Below are positions 1 through 8,924 of a DNA stretch of 64,000 bases, in pieces. Under the pieces are notes generated by a model. It searched no databases. It had not been told where the DNA came from and was given only the letters and a program-made list of their open reading frames with translations. Origin of the DNA: an uncultured Spirochaetaceae bacterium (GTDB lineage Bacteria > Myxococcota_A > UBA9160 > UBA4427); NCBI GenBank assembly GCA_964565565.1, contig CAZMFM010000002.1:27674-91673 (forward strand), written 5' to 3'. The translations under genes and the position numbers were made by a program. Numbering within the stretch: the first letter of the stretch is position 1; the number at the start of each line of letters is the position of its first letter.

Positions 1-1
1 T

Positions 2-145
2 GCCTACCTGGTCCGTCGAATGGAAGAGATGGCGGGCGGCACCGCTCGCTCCGGAGACCCGGCGATGAAAGTGATTGCGGCTTCTCTGCCTTTGAGCGAT
101 CGGCGGGCCGTGTCCGACTACCTGGCGCGATCGAGGTGTGAGTGA
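2..145 (+). CDS. 3' end of a CDS starting upstream of the window (47 codons, ..GDPAMKVIAASLPLSDRRAVSDYLARSRCE*)
   Basis: Frame is open from the window edge to TGA at 143-145. The stop overlaps the next ATG (TGATG). The tail loosely resembles the C-terminal helix of small c-type cytochromes, but no haem motif lies inside the window. Confidence 0.3.
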   Translation, partial: AYLVRRMEEMAGGTARSGDPAMKVIAASLPLSDRRAVSDYLARSRCE

Positions 146-1638
146 TGAGCGATTCAGGCGAACCGGAAGTCGTGCCGGAATTCATGGCGACTCTCGGCCG
201 TAGGCGTTTTCTCCGGCTTTCGGCAGCGACCGTCGCCTCCGGCCTGATCCCAAGGTTAGGCCGCGCTTCGACCGCCTTCGGTGAATCCGACGTGATCGTA
301 GTCGGCGCCGGACTCGCCGGACTCACTGCGGCTCGAGCACTCATCGACCAGGGGGTCGACTCATTGCGCGTACTCGAAGCGCGAGATCGAGTGGGCGGAC
401 GAACCGTGAATCTGCCAATCGGTCATGGACATGTGGTCGAAGGCGGAGGGGAATGGATCGGTCCGGGCCAGGACCACATCGCACGCCTTGCAGACGAGTT
501 GGGTGTTGGCACCTTTCCCGCCTTCTATGAAGGAGACACGACCTATGACATTTTGGGGAAAGTTTCGACCGGCTACCTGCCAGACCTCGAGGCCGGTCCC
601 GCATACGATTTATTGAAACTGGCTTGGAAGATCGATCGGGAGGCGATGAAGCTACCGGCGGGAGCGCCATGGAGCGCGAAAGGGGCGGAGTCCCTCGACC
701 AACGGACCCTGGGCGACTGGCTCACGCAGCACAAGGCGACGAGTTTTTCGTGGGCCGTTTTCCGCATCATTACGCGAGCCATCATGGCCGGCTATCCGGA
801 GCGCATTTCGCTGCTCTGGTTTCTCTACTATGCGCGTGGGGCAGGGGGCCTGTTGCCGCTGATCACGAACGACGGCGGCGCGCAGGATCTGCGCTTTGAG
901 GGCGGCTCGCAAATCCTCTCCATCAAGATGGCCGAGTCGCTCGGGGAAAGACTACATCTCGGGCATCCGGTCCACGGCATCGAGCACGCGGGCACAAAGG
1001 TTCGCGTGCATACCCGGGACGGTGTTCTGAGCGCTCGTCGCGTCATCGTCGCCATGATGCCGTCGGATACGTTGAGAATTCGCTTCGAGCCCGAGTTGCC
1101 GTCCCAGAAGCGGGAGCTCGCCATCGGCTGGGCGCGACTTCCGCGATTGCCGATCGTGAAGATCTCGGTGATCTACAAGACGCCCTTCTGGCGAAAGATG
1201 GGACTCAGCGGGGCGATGCAAAGCGATCGCGCCCCTCTGCAACTCGTCTTCGACAATTCACCCGAGGATGGTTCGTTAGGCGTGCTGAGTTGTTTTTTGT
1301 CCGTCGCAGAGGCGCCCGACTTTGCGGACCGTGAAGTGCGCGCGGTCAAGGTGTTGAAGGAGTTGGCGCGCTACTTCGGCAACCGAGCGTACGAGGCCGT
1401 GGATTATGTCGAGAAGGATTGGGCGACCGATCCATTCAGTACGGGCTGTATTACGCCCCTGACGCCCGGAATCCTGAGCCGCAGCGGCCCCGCATTGCGT
1501 GAGCCTACGGGACGCATTCATTGGGCGGGCACCGAGACGGCCGAGGTCTGGTGCGGCTTCATGGATGGGGCCGTGCAGTCTGGTGAACGGGTGGCAGCAG
1601 AAGTCGCCGAGGCAATTCGCCAGGAACGACCTGCTTGA
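145..1638 (+). CDS. FAD-dependent amine oxidase (flavin monoamine oxidase family), probably Tat-exported
   Basis: Twin-arginine-like N-terminus GRRRFLRLSAATVASG. Dinucleotide-binding motif VIVVGAGLAGLTAARAL..LEARDRVGGR. C-terminal HWAGTETA..GFMDGAVQSG is typical of flavin amine oxidases. Confidence 0.85.
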   Translation: MSDSGEPEVVPEFMATLGRRRFLRLSAATVASGLIPRLGRASTAFGESDVIVVGAGLAGLTAARALIDQGVDSLRVLEARDRVGGRTVNLPIGHGHVVEGGGEWIGPGQDHIARLADELGVGTFPAFYEGDTTYDILGKVSTGYLPDLEAGPAYDLLKLAWKIDREAMKLPAGAPWSAKGAESLDQRTLGDWLTQHKATSFSWAVFRIITRAIMAGYPERISLLWFLYYARGAGGLLPLITNDGGAQDLRFEGGSQILSIKMAESLGERLHLGHPVHGIEHAGTKVRVHTRDGVLSARRVIVAMMPSDTLRIRFEPELPSQKRELAIGWARLPRLPIVKISVIYKTPFWRKMGLSGAMQSDRAPLQLVFDNSPEDGSLGVLSCFLSVAEAPDFADREVRAVKVLKELARYFGNRAYEAVDYVEKDWATDPFSTGCITPLTPGILSRSGPALREPTGRIHWAGTETAEVWCGFMDGAVQSGERVAAEVAEAIRQERPA

Positions 1639-1639
1639 T

Positions 1640-1653
1640 CTCGAGATCTCGAG
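1640..1653. repeat. perfect 14-bp palindrome CTCGAGATCTCGAG directly after the amine oxidase stop codon
   Basis: Read directly from the sequence. It is self-complementary with no loop, so it is not a terminator hairpin. Function unknown. Confidence 0.9.
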
Positions 1654-1861
1654 TGAACAAGGACTCGGCGGCTGGAATGAAGCACGTCATCTTCGCCATT
1701 GTGAATCGTGCTGGCAGCAGGGCGGGATTTCGATCGCAGCGACACGCACTACACCATGTGCCATCCGGTCGTTGCCAGTCAGGCTTCGGAAACTTCCTGA
1801 CTTTCTCTGGTTGGCGCCCCGATCAAGCCCGCACCACCAAACGAGGGAGGTCAAGAGAATC

Positions 1862-2077
1862 ATGAACGAGGAGCTAAGAAAGAGAATGATCACCGTCTGC
1901 AGCAACAAGATCGAGGCAAAGGGAGCCGAAGTAGGCCTTTCGTTCTATGCGTTCTTCAAGAACGAGAATTCTGAGCCAGCACTCCTGATGGAATTGGCCC
2001 AGTGGTGGATCATGACCCACAAACTCAACCATTTCGAGAAGGCGACGAAAATCCGGAGGATGGTGAAGGCAATCTGA
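1862..2077 (+). CDS. small hypothetical protein (71 aa)
   Basis: ATG preceded by GGGAGG (1845-1850). Locally lower GC than the neighbours. Lys/Glu-rich helical-looking sequence, MNEELRKRMITVCSNKIEAKG... No recognisable family. It is the plausible core of the 192-aa track ORF 1499..2077. Confidence 0.45.
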   Translation: MNEELRKRMITVCSNKIEAKGAEVGLSFYAFFKNENSEPALLMELAQWWIMTHKLNHFEKATKIRRMVKAI

Positions 2078-2126
2078 GCCTGGCCACAGAGCTCTCGAGC
2101 TTTGCCAGGTTCCAGGTCGAGCCGTA

Positions 2127-2642
2127 TCAGCCGTCCCGCCTGCTCTCGAGCAGGACTTTCATCTCTGCGAGCATCGTCTCATGGGACTGGCTCGCTTGAT
2201 CGATCACGTAGTGCCTCAGTATTCGCGGCGCCTCGACCCAGACGCTTTCGATCACCCGTGTCGATTCGCTTGCTTGCTCCATCCGATAGACCGTGCACAG
2301 ATGAATACCGGGAAACTGCCAAGCATGGGCCAAGATTTCGTGTTCACTCGAAACCTCGATCGTCGCCGTGTATCGAACTCGAATATGCATCGGGCCCACG
2401 GCAAGGCGATCGACGACGCGATAGTGCCGGGCACTCGGCATCTCGGGAAGCGCGGGGAGGTCTTCCATCGAGACGATCAGGGGATGAAGTGGGACGATGT
2501 TGTGGAGATCGGCGAGGAAATCGCTTATCTGCGAACCGGGAACGCCGATCTCGATCTCGTGCCTGAAGTCACTCGTCGACACCGCGCGGCCTCCGTCTCC
2601 TGGCCCAACTGGTAAGTGAGCGACTGGCTCACCCCGGTCCAC
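2127..2642 (-). CDS. SRPBCC-fold (polyketide cyclase/dehydrase-like) protein
   Basis: Size and pattern (..FRHEIEIGVPGSQISDFLADLHNIVPLHP..) are typical of SRPBCC ligand-binding proteins. It lies immediately downstream of the SDR-like gene. The start is uncertain; a GTG at 2582 is also possible. Confidence 0.6.
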   Translation of the reverse strand: MDRGEPVAHLPVGPGDGGRAVSTSDFRHEIEIGVPGSQISDFLADLHNIVPLHPLIVSMEDLPALPEMPSARHYRVVDRLAVGPMHIRVRYTATIEVSSEHEILAHAWQFPGIHLCTVYRMEQASESTRVIESVWVEAPRILRHYVIDQASQSHETMLAEMKVLLESRRDG

Positions 2643-2651
2643 TCACCCCGA

Positions 2652-3344
2652 TCAACCCGTCGTCGTGACCCAACCGCCGGCGAAGGGTACGACTTGTCCC
2701 ACGATGAAGTTGCTCTGATTCGAGGCGAGAAAGAGCGCAAGATCTGCAGTCTCTCTCGGTTCCGCTAGGCGTCCGAGGGGCACATTGCGGCGCAAATGTT
2801 TCTGGAATCGCTCCGTGCTGACGAGACTCTCGGGATAGTAGTCCTCGTTGTGAACGTAGTTCTGTGCGATCGCGTTGAACTGCACGTTTCCACTGGCCAA
2901 CTCCAACCCCGCCGCACGGACGAATGCATTTTGTGCGCCTCGCGCCGCACAGTATGCGGACGTCCCGGGGATCCCGCGGAGCGGCGCGGCACTGGTGATC
3001 GCCACGATCTTGCCGGCACCTCGCTCGAGCATCCCGGGCGCGAATGCCCGAACGAGCTTCATCAACGGATGAACCATGATGTCGAAGAGTTCGTTCCAAT
3101 CCTTGTCCTGGATCTCTCCGACCGCAGCCGGCGAAGGTCCCGCAGCCAGATTCGCGAGGAGCACCTCGGGGTCGGGACAGATACGCAGCGCGTCTTCGAG
3201 GTTCGACTCGTCGTCGAGCGGGCCTGTCGCTTCGAAGACATTCGCCCCGGCTTCGCGAAAGCGCGCTGCCAGGGGCGGCCCCATGTAGTCACCGGACTGG
3301 GTGAGCAGAACACGGACATCGGAGAGTTCATTCGAGGTGGGCAT
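2652..3344 (-). CDS. SDR-superfamily protein with halohydrin dehalogenase (HHDH) signature motifs
   Basis: From ATG 3344 the protein begins MPTSNELSDVRVLLTQSGDYMGPP. T-x4-Y-x-G replaces the SDR TGxxxGxG motif. ITSAAPLRGIPGTSAYCAAR matches S-x12-Y-x3-R, a Ser-Tyr-Arg triad. The C-terminal ..LGRLAEPRETADLALFLASNQSNFIVGQVVPFAGGW resembles HheC. The upstream 61 codons of the track ORF look non-coding. Confidence 0.8.
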   Translation of the reverse strand: MPTSNELSDVRVLLTQSGDYMGPPLAARFREAGANVFEATGPLDDESNLEDALRICPDPEVLLANLAAGPSPAAVGEIQDKDWNELFDIMVHPLMKLVRAFAPGMLERGAGKIVAITSAAPLRGIPGTSAYCAARGAQNAFVRAAGLELASGNVQFNAIAQNYVHNEDYYPESLVSTERFQKHLRRNVPLGRLAEPRETADLALFLASNQSNFIVGQVVPFAGGWVTTTG

Positions 3345-3525
3345 GGCCAGACGGTACAGAACTCGCCGTGGCGACCAAATCATGAAGAACTCGCGACGCG
3401 ACCCACGAGGCCGGCTTTCCGGACTACAATCTATTCGAGCAGAATGAATCCGCAATGCATTACGATCACAACACCCGTCGAGAGGTGCTCGGAATGGATC
3501 CTCTCGAACTACTCGAGGGATAGTC

Positions 3526-4224
3526 ATGCGTCTACGTCAAATCGCTCTCGTCGCCCGCGAACTCAGGCCAGTCGAAGTCTCGATCTGTGAAACGCTCGGA
3601 CTCGAGGTTTGTTTTCGGGATCCGGGCCTGTCGCATTTCGGGTTGCGACATGGTTTGTATCCGATCGGCGACCACATCCTCGAAGTGGTCGTCCCGAAAC
3701 GACCGGGAACGACCGCCGAGCGCTTCCTTGATCGCCGTGATGGCGACGGTGGCTACATGGTGCTTGTGCAGGTTGATGACATCGACGCCGAGCGACGCCG
3801 GCTCGAAGAAGCCGGAATTCGAATCGTGTTCGAGGCGAAGGGATCTGGTATCCAAGGTCTTCACCTGCATCCCAAAGACGTCGGAGGGGCCATCGTCTCG
3901 ATCGATCAGGCGAATCCGGTGGAATCATGGGGATGGGCGGGCCAGGACTGGCAATACCATCGCTCTGAGTCTGTCGTAAATGACTTGGTCGCCGTCGAGA
4001 TCCAATCTCAAGAACCGGATGCCATGGCCGCGCAGTGGAGCCTCGCTCTCGGCCGGCCGATCTCGGATTCCGGAACGATCGAATTGGCCGATGCCTCGAT
4101 CCGATTCGTGACCGATACCGACGGCCGCGGTGACGGCATGTCTGCGGCTGATCTCGTCGCCACCGATCGAGGCCGCGCGGGCGAAACGATCGAACTCTGC
4201 GGTTTCCATTTCAACCTGGTCTAG
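3526..4224 (+). CDS. VOC/glyoxalase-like domain protein
   Basis: The N-terminal half (IALVARELRPV..LYPIGDHILEVVVP..YMVLVQVDDIDAERRRLEEAGIRIV) fits the glyoxalase-like beta-alpha-beta-beta-beta module. It is divergent from the SDR-like gene. Confidence 0.65.
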   Translation: MRLRQIALVARELRPVEVSICETLGLEVCFRDPGLSHFGLRHGLYPIGDHILEVVVPKRPGTTAERFLDRRDGDGGYMVLVQVDDIDAERRRLEEAGIRIVFEAKGSGIQGLHLHPKDVGGAIVSIDQANPVESWGWAGQDWQYHRSESVVNDLVAVEIQSQEPDAMAAQWSLALGRPISDSGTIELADASIRFVTDTDGRGDGMSAADLVATDRGRAGETIELCGFHFNLV

Positions 4225-4272
4225 ATGGTCAGACGGCAGGTCAGATCGTCGGAGTCGATTGCGCGGCGACAC

Positions 4273-5271
4273 TCAGTCGAGTCGATAGACGCGCGTCGCC
4301 GTGTCGTGAAAGAGCGCGGATCGATCCGACTCCGAGCCATCCGCGACGAGCTTCTTGAACGCATTCCATAGCACCGCATAAGAACAGCTTTGCTTGTCGA
4401 CTGGGAAATTGCTTTCGAACATACACCGCTCCGGGCCAAAGCAGTCGATGGCATGCCGGTAGTAGCGTCCGGTTGCCTCGATAATTTCGTCCGACGTCGG
4501 CGGTTTCGCCCGTTGATGAAATCCAAAACCATTGATCGGCATGACCAGGCCACCCAGTTTGACCGACACGTTTTTGCATCGAGCCAGCTCCGCAAGGTCA
4601 CTCCGCCATTGGACCAGGACTTCTTCGCGTTTTGCGGCGTAGGGGCCGATGCCCAGCGGGCCGCCGAAATGATCGACGACGATCGGGGTATTCGGAAACG
4701 CTCGCGCCAGGTCGGTCAATTCTGGAATCTGGTGATGGTAGAGCCAGGCATCGAATGAAAGATCCCGCTTCTCGAGTTCGGCGAAGCCCTCCCGAAAGAC
4801 CGGGTCGGCCAGCATCCCCTCGAACGGGTTCGAATGAGAATTGCGAATGGACTTGCTCGAATCCCAGCCCGAGGCATGGCGAATGCCTCGAAAGCGAGCG
4901 CTTGCCGCGCAATGCGCGTCCAGGACTGCTCCAACGGCGCTCCCCAGATTGAGATCGGCAAAGCTTACGATTCCTGCGCAGACCCGTGTCTCCCCGTAGC
5001 CACCGCTGGCCGCCATCGCGGCGACCCCATTCGCGAATTCAGTCTCACCCACCGGCTTCATAGACTGCGCACCCTGTGCCCGATACATGCTTGCGCATTC
5101 GACGAAGACCGTAGACACGATGTTATGTCCGGCTCGTGTGTCGAGAAGCAATTCGTCCAGGAGATACCGGCTATCAGGATGATCCCAGAGATGATGATGG
5201 GGGTCGCAAATCGGCCGGTCGGGGTCGATGATGTTCTCAGTCACTTGGCTTAGCCATTCGTTTTGGGTCAT
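4273..5271 (-). CDS. amidohydrolase-2 family metal-dependent hydrolase
   Basis: N-terminal metal motif ICDPHHHLWD, later VVDHFGGP, and a C-terminal FHDTATRVY. The ATG at 5271 gives MTQNEWLSQV... The longer track ORF adds an implausible extension. Confidence 0.8.
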   Translation of the reverse strand: MTQNEWLSQVTENIIDPDRPICDPHHHLWDHPDSRYLLDELLLDTRAGHNIVSTVFVECASMYRAQGAQSMKPVGETEFANGVAAMAASGGYGETRVCAGIVSFADLNLGSAVGAVLDAHCAASARFRGIRHASGWDSSKSIRNSHSNPFEGMLADPVFREGFAELEKRDLSFDAWLYHHQIPELTDLARAFPNTPIVVDHFGGPLGIGPYAAKREEVLVQWRSDLAELARCKNVSVKLGGLVMPINGFGFHQRAKPPTSDEIIEATGRYYRHAIDCFGPERCMFESNFPVDKQSCSYAVLWNAFKKLVADGSESDRSALFHDTATRVYRLD

Positions 5272-5348
5272 GTCAAAAATCCTATCACGCTCTACCTGTC
5301 GGAGCCGATCGCAGTATCTTGTTCCGGAATCTCCATGGGACTGATTTG

Positions 5349-6512
5349 ATGAGCACTGAGAATACGACTTCGACCTCGAAACCGAAGGGCAGGGCACGCG
5401 CATCGGCCGCTGGGCCCACGATGTCGGTCGATCCCTTCAAGGATGTTGCCGCGCCGGAATTGGATGATGTTCGGTCGGGTGAAGAACTCGATTGGGACAC
5501 CATCGAAGCGTATCTCCGTTCGAATCTACCTGACGAACTCGACCTGACCGGTGCATTCGAGGTCAAGCAATTCCCGAACGGCGCCGCCAATCTCACCTAT
5601 CTCATTCGCTTCGGCGAGTTCGAACTCGTCCTGCGTCGGCCGCCCTTCGGAAAGTTGGCGCCGGGTGCCCACGATATGAAGCGCGAGTACAAGGTCCTTT
5701 CCCGGCTTTGGCGAAATTTCGACCGGGCGCCACGCGCTTTTCTTTTCTGCCAGGACCCGGAGATCGCCGGTGCGGACTTCTTCGTGATGGAGAGGCGACG
5801 CGGTGAAGTCATTCGGGGCGTGATTCCGCAGACCATGCGACAGCACGTCGACGTCGGAAGGCGAGCCGGAGTCGCGCTGATCGAGGCGATCGCTGACTTT
5901 CATCTTCTCGACCCCGCGCAATGTGATCTTGCCGATCTGGGGCGGCCCGAGGGTTTTGTTGCGCGTCAGGTGAAGGGCTGGAAGAAGCGATGGGACCTGG
6001 TCGCCGACCCCGCTCATGATGAAATCATGAGTCTCGTCCACGCGCGACTCGAAGCCTCCATTCCGATCGCCCAGCGCGTCTCCCTCGTGCACAATGACTT
6101 GAAGTTGGACAATTGCATGTTTAGTCCGGCCAACCCCGATCGCGTGATTGCGTTCTTCGATTGGGACATGACGACGCTCGGTGATCCGTTGATCGATTTT
6201 GGAACGGTGCTGAATTATTGGCCGGAGCCGAGCGATGGCGGAGTTCCACGCGGAGGCCATGTCGGAATGGATCGCATGGGATTGCCGAGTCGCGCCGAAG
6301 TCAAGGAGATCTATGCGGATCGGACTGGCTTCGATGTCTCCCAGGCGAGTTGGTACGAAGCCTTTGCGCTCTGGAAGACGGCCACCGTCGTCGAGCAGCT
6401 CCATCACCGCTGGTTGATGGGTGACAGCACCGACGACCGAATGGCGATCATCGCGGCGCGAGTACCCATCCTCGCCGCCGATGCGGCCGCGCTACTCGAT
6501 GAACTCGATTGA
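5349..6512 (+). CDS. phosphotransferase (aminoglycoside/choline-kinase-like, APH fold) family protein
   Basis: Catalytic loop VHNDLKLDN and metal-binding FFDWDMTTLGDPLIDF. The protein resembles kinase-like proteins often linked to acyl-CoA dehydrogenases. Confidence 0.8.
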   Translation: MSTENTTSTSKPKGRARASAAGPTMSVDPFKDVAAPELDDVRSGEELDWDTIEAYLRSNLPDELDLTGAFEVKQFPNGAANLTYLIRFGEFELVLRRPPFGKLAPGAHDMKREYKVLSRLWRNFDRAPRAFLFCQDPEIAGADFFVMERRRGEVIRGVIPQTMRQHVDVGRRAGVALIEAIADFHLLDPAQCDLADLGRPEGFVARQVKGWKKRWDLVADPAHDEIMSLVHARLEASIPIAQRVSLVHNDLKLDNCMFSPANPDRVIAFFDWDMTTLGDPLIDFGTVLNYWPEPSDGGVPRGGHVGMDRMGLPSRAEVKEIYADRTGFDVSQASWYEAFALWKTATVVEQLHHRWLMGDSTDDRMAIIAARVPILAADAAALLDELD

Positions 6513-6616
6513 ATTCCTGCGCGCCGAAAGCGTCCGGGACGGGGTGAGTATGTCCCGCCCGCCGCTTGATTGACAGATGACTCCTTTTCGGGCGGGCTGG
6601 AAAGGGGCCTTTTCGT

Positions 6617-8056
6617 CTACTCACTCCCGCTTCCGGCACCAAGCAGATCAAACGGCTCCATGGGTGTCAGCGGCTCGATACCGGCTTCGACCTGTTCGGC
6701 CGCGTCGAGGCAGTGCAGCTCGGAGAATCGAGGTCCCACGATCTGCACGCTTTGTGGAAGCCCTTCAATCAATCCAACCGGGACGACTGCCGATGGGAGT
6801 CCCAGCGCGCTGGTGGCCATGAGCACGCGATGTCCGTTGATGATTCGGGCCACGCGATCGACGCTTGCGGTATCGGCCGCGATTTCGAAGGGCAGCTCCG
6901 TTGAAGTTGCCGTGAGCCAGAGCGCATGTTCTTCGAAGAAGCCGGACCACTCTCGCAATCGCTGTGAACGCCGCACGAGGGCGTCTGCAAGCAGGGTCTC
7001 GTATGCCCCCGCGCGCCGGTCGACCTCCGTCCAGAGTTCCAGCGCCCGCACGGCGTTGGCCGACAAGATGCCATTGTCGAATTGCGAACCGCCAGGTGGC
7101 TCGGAGCCACAATTGATCTCAGCAAAGAGCTGGGCGGCTTCGTGCAACCGCGGTGGCTCGGCTTCCGTGACCGTCCAACCAGCCGTCTCAAGTGCCCGCG
7201 CCGCACGCCGAATGCCCTCAGCCACACTCGGGTCGACTCCGCCTTGTCCTGGATTGGTGGACACGGCGATGCGACGTGACGTGCTTGCCGGATGTTCTAT
7301 TGCGGGGAGCGCAACGGACCATGGGTCCAGAGCGTGGTAGCCCGCGATTGCGAGAAAGCCCGCTCGGACGTCGGCGATCCGACGTGCCATCGGCCCATCG
7401 ACATGTGTTAGGTCGAGAAGGTAGTGAGACGACTCCAACGCGCTGCGCGGGATCACGCCGGGTGTGGCTTTGAGGCTGGCGGTGCCGCAACACTGGCTCG
7501 GCCAACGCAGCGAGCCGCCTGCATCGTTACCGATTCCGAGCGGACTCATTCCACAGGCCAACGCAGCCGCTTCGCCACCGCTCGATCCGCCCGCCGTCCG
7601 AGTGCGGTCCCAGGGATTGAAAGTACGTCCGTAGAGTGAGCTCTCGGTGTCGTGTCGGACGCCCAGGTCCGGCAGATTCGTTCTTGCGAAGGGGATCGCG
7701 CCCGCAGCCTTGATTCGCGCAACGACGGGCTCGTCGGCCGCCGCAATGGCTGCCGCTAGCACGGGCAGTCCCCGCGTCGTGGGTTGGCCCGCCAGGTCGA
7801 GATTCTCCTTCAACGAAACGGGAACGCCATGAAGGGGGCCTGTGTCGGCGCCGGACGCGACTGCGCTATCTGCCCGATCCGCCGCGGCCAACGCCTCTTC
7901 ATCGAACCGGCGAACGATGGCGCCTACGTGTTGATCGACTGCATCGATTCGGTCCAGGTGAGCCTGGACGACCTCGCGGGACGAGACCTTTCGAACTCGA
8001 ATCCCGGCCGCCAGGTCCATCGCATTCCAGCGCCAGAGTTCTTGCGGTCCCTCCAA
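6617..8056 (-). CDS. amidase (amidase-signature family)
   Basis: AS motif GGSSGGEAAALACG preceded by the ..LHGVPVSLKENLD.. pattern. 479 aa. Confidence 0.9.
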   Translation of the reverse strand: MEGPQELWRWNAMDLAAGIRVRKVSSREVVQAHLDRIDAVDQHVGAIVRRFDEEALAAADRADSAVASGADTGPLHGVPVSLKENLDLAGQPTTRGLPVLAAAIAAADEPVVARIKAAGAIPFARTNLPDLGVRHDTESSLYGRTFNPWDRTRTAGGSSGGEAAALACGMSPLGIGNDAGGSLRWPSQCCGTASLKATPGVIPRSALESSHYLLDLTHVDGPMARRIADVRAGFLAIAGYHALDPWSVALPAIEHPASTSRRIAVSTNPGQGGVDPSVAEGIRRAARALETAGWTVTEAEPPRLHEAAQLFAEINCGSEPPGGSQFDNGILSANAVRALELWTEVDRRAGAYETLLADALVRRSQRLREWSGFFEEHALWLTATSTELPFEIAADTASVDRVARIINGHRVLMATSALGLPSAVVPVGLIEGLPQSVQIVGPRFSELHCLDAAEQVEAGIEPLTPMEPFDLLGAGSGSE

Positions 8057-8180
8057 CTGGGCCTCTCCTCTGCCTTTCCGCTATCGAGATCAGGCGACTA
8101 TGCCGCGTGCGCGGGTTCAATGCGAGTGCCGTCTGAGGATGTCCATGGGGCTGGAGTGCCGACGGAGGAGCGCAGTGATC

Positions 8181-8924
8181 TCAGGTCTCCGTCTCGGGGG
8201 ATGTGGTCGCGGCGGTCAGTTTTCCATCTTCCATTTCATAGATCGAGTCGAAGACATCCAAGGCGCGATGGTCGTGCGTAACGACAATCACAGCGGTTCC
8301 GTGATCGTGGGCCACGTCCCGAAAGAGTTCCATGACTTGTCGTCCCCGATGGCTGTCGAGGGCTGCGGTGGGCTCGTCTGCAAGAATGAGGCTTGGCTGA
8401 TTGATCAGGGCCCGAGCGGCCGTCACGCGTTGTTGCTCGCCGCCCGAGAGCTGCGTGGGTCGATTGAGCGCACGATCACCCACGCCGAGTGCATCCAGGA
8501 GTTCTAGCGCGCGGCGGCGCGCCTCGTTCGGTGGATGGCCAACGAGTTCGCCGACGATCTGGACATTTTCCACGGCATTCAGGAACGGGATCAAATTGGA
8601 CTTCTGAAACACGAAGCCGATGTTTTCGCGTCGAAAGCGCCTGAGGTCGACCATTGCCCGCGAGCCGTCGATCACGGGCGTTCCGCCAATCGCCACGCGC
8701 CCACGCGTGGGTGAATTGATCAGGCCGACGCATAGCAGGAATGTAGATTTTCCTGACCCGCTGGGCCCGAGCAGGGCGACGACCTCGCCGCGCCGAGCGC
8801 GCATCGAGGCGTTCTGCAAGGCAACGACCTCAGTGTGCCCGCTTCCATAGATCTTGGTGAGGCCATGGGCCTCCAGCGCGTACGGTTCATCCATCTCTTT
8901 AGTGCTCGTCATTGCGGACCTCAA
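8181..8924 (-). CDS. ABC transporter ATP-binding protein (MacB/LolD-type)
   Basis: Walker A GPSGSGKST, signature LSGGEQQRV, Walker B LILADEPT. The start overlaps the upstream permease stop by 4 nt. Confidence 0.9.
   Translation of the reverse strand: MRSAMTSTKEMDEPYALEAHGLTKIYGSGHTEVVALQNASMRARRGEVVALLGPSGSGKSTFLLCVGLINSPTRGRVAIGGTPVIDGSRAMVDLRRFRRENIGFVFQKSNLIPFLNAVENVQIVGELVGHPPNEARRRALELLDALGVGDRALNRPTQLSGGEQQRVTAARALINQPSLILADEPTAALDSHRGRQVMELFRDVAHDHGTAVIVVTHDHRALDVFDSIYEMEDGKLTAATTSPETET

Noticed and set aside
1499-1861. Upstream 121 codons of the 192-aa ORF 1499..2077
   Set aside because: They overlap the 3' end of the amine oxidase gene out of frame and are R/S/G-rich. The SD-preceded ATG at 1862 gives the only plausible product.
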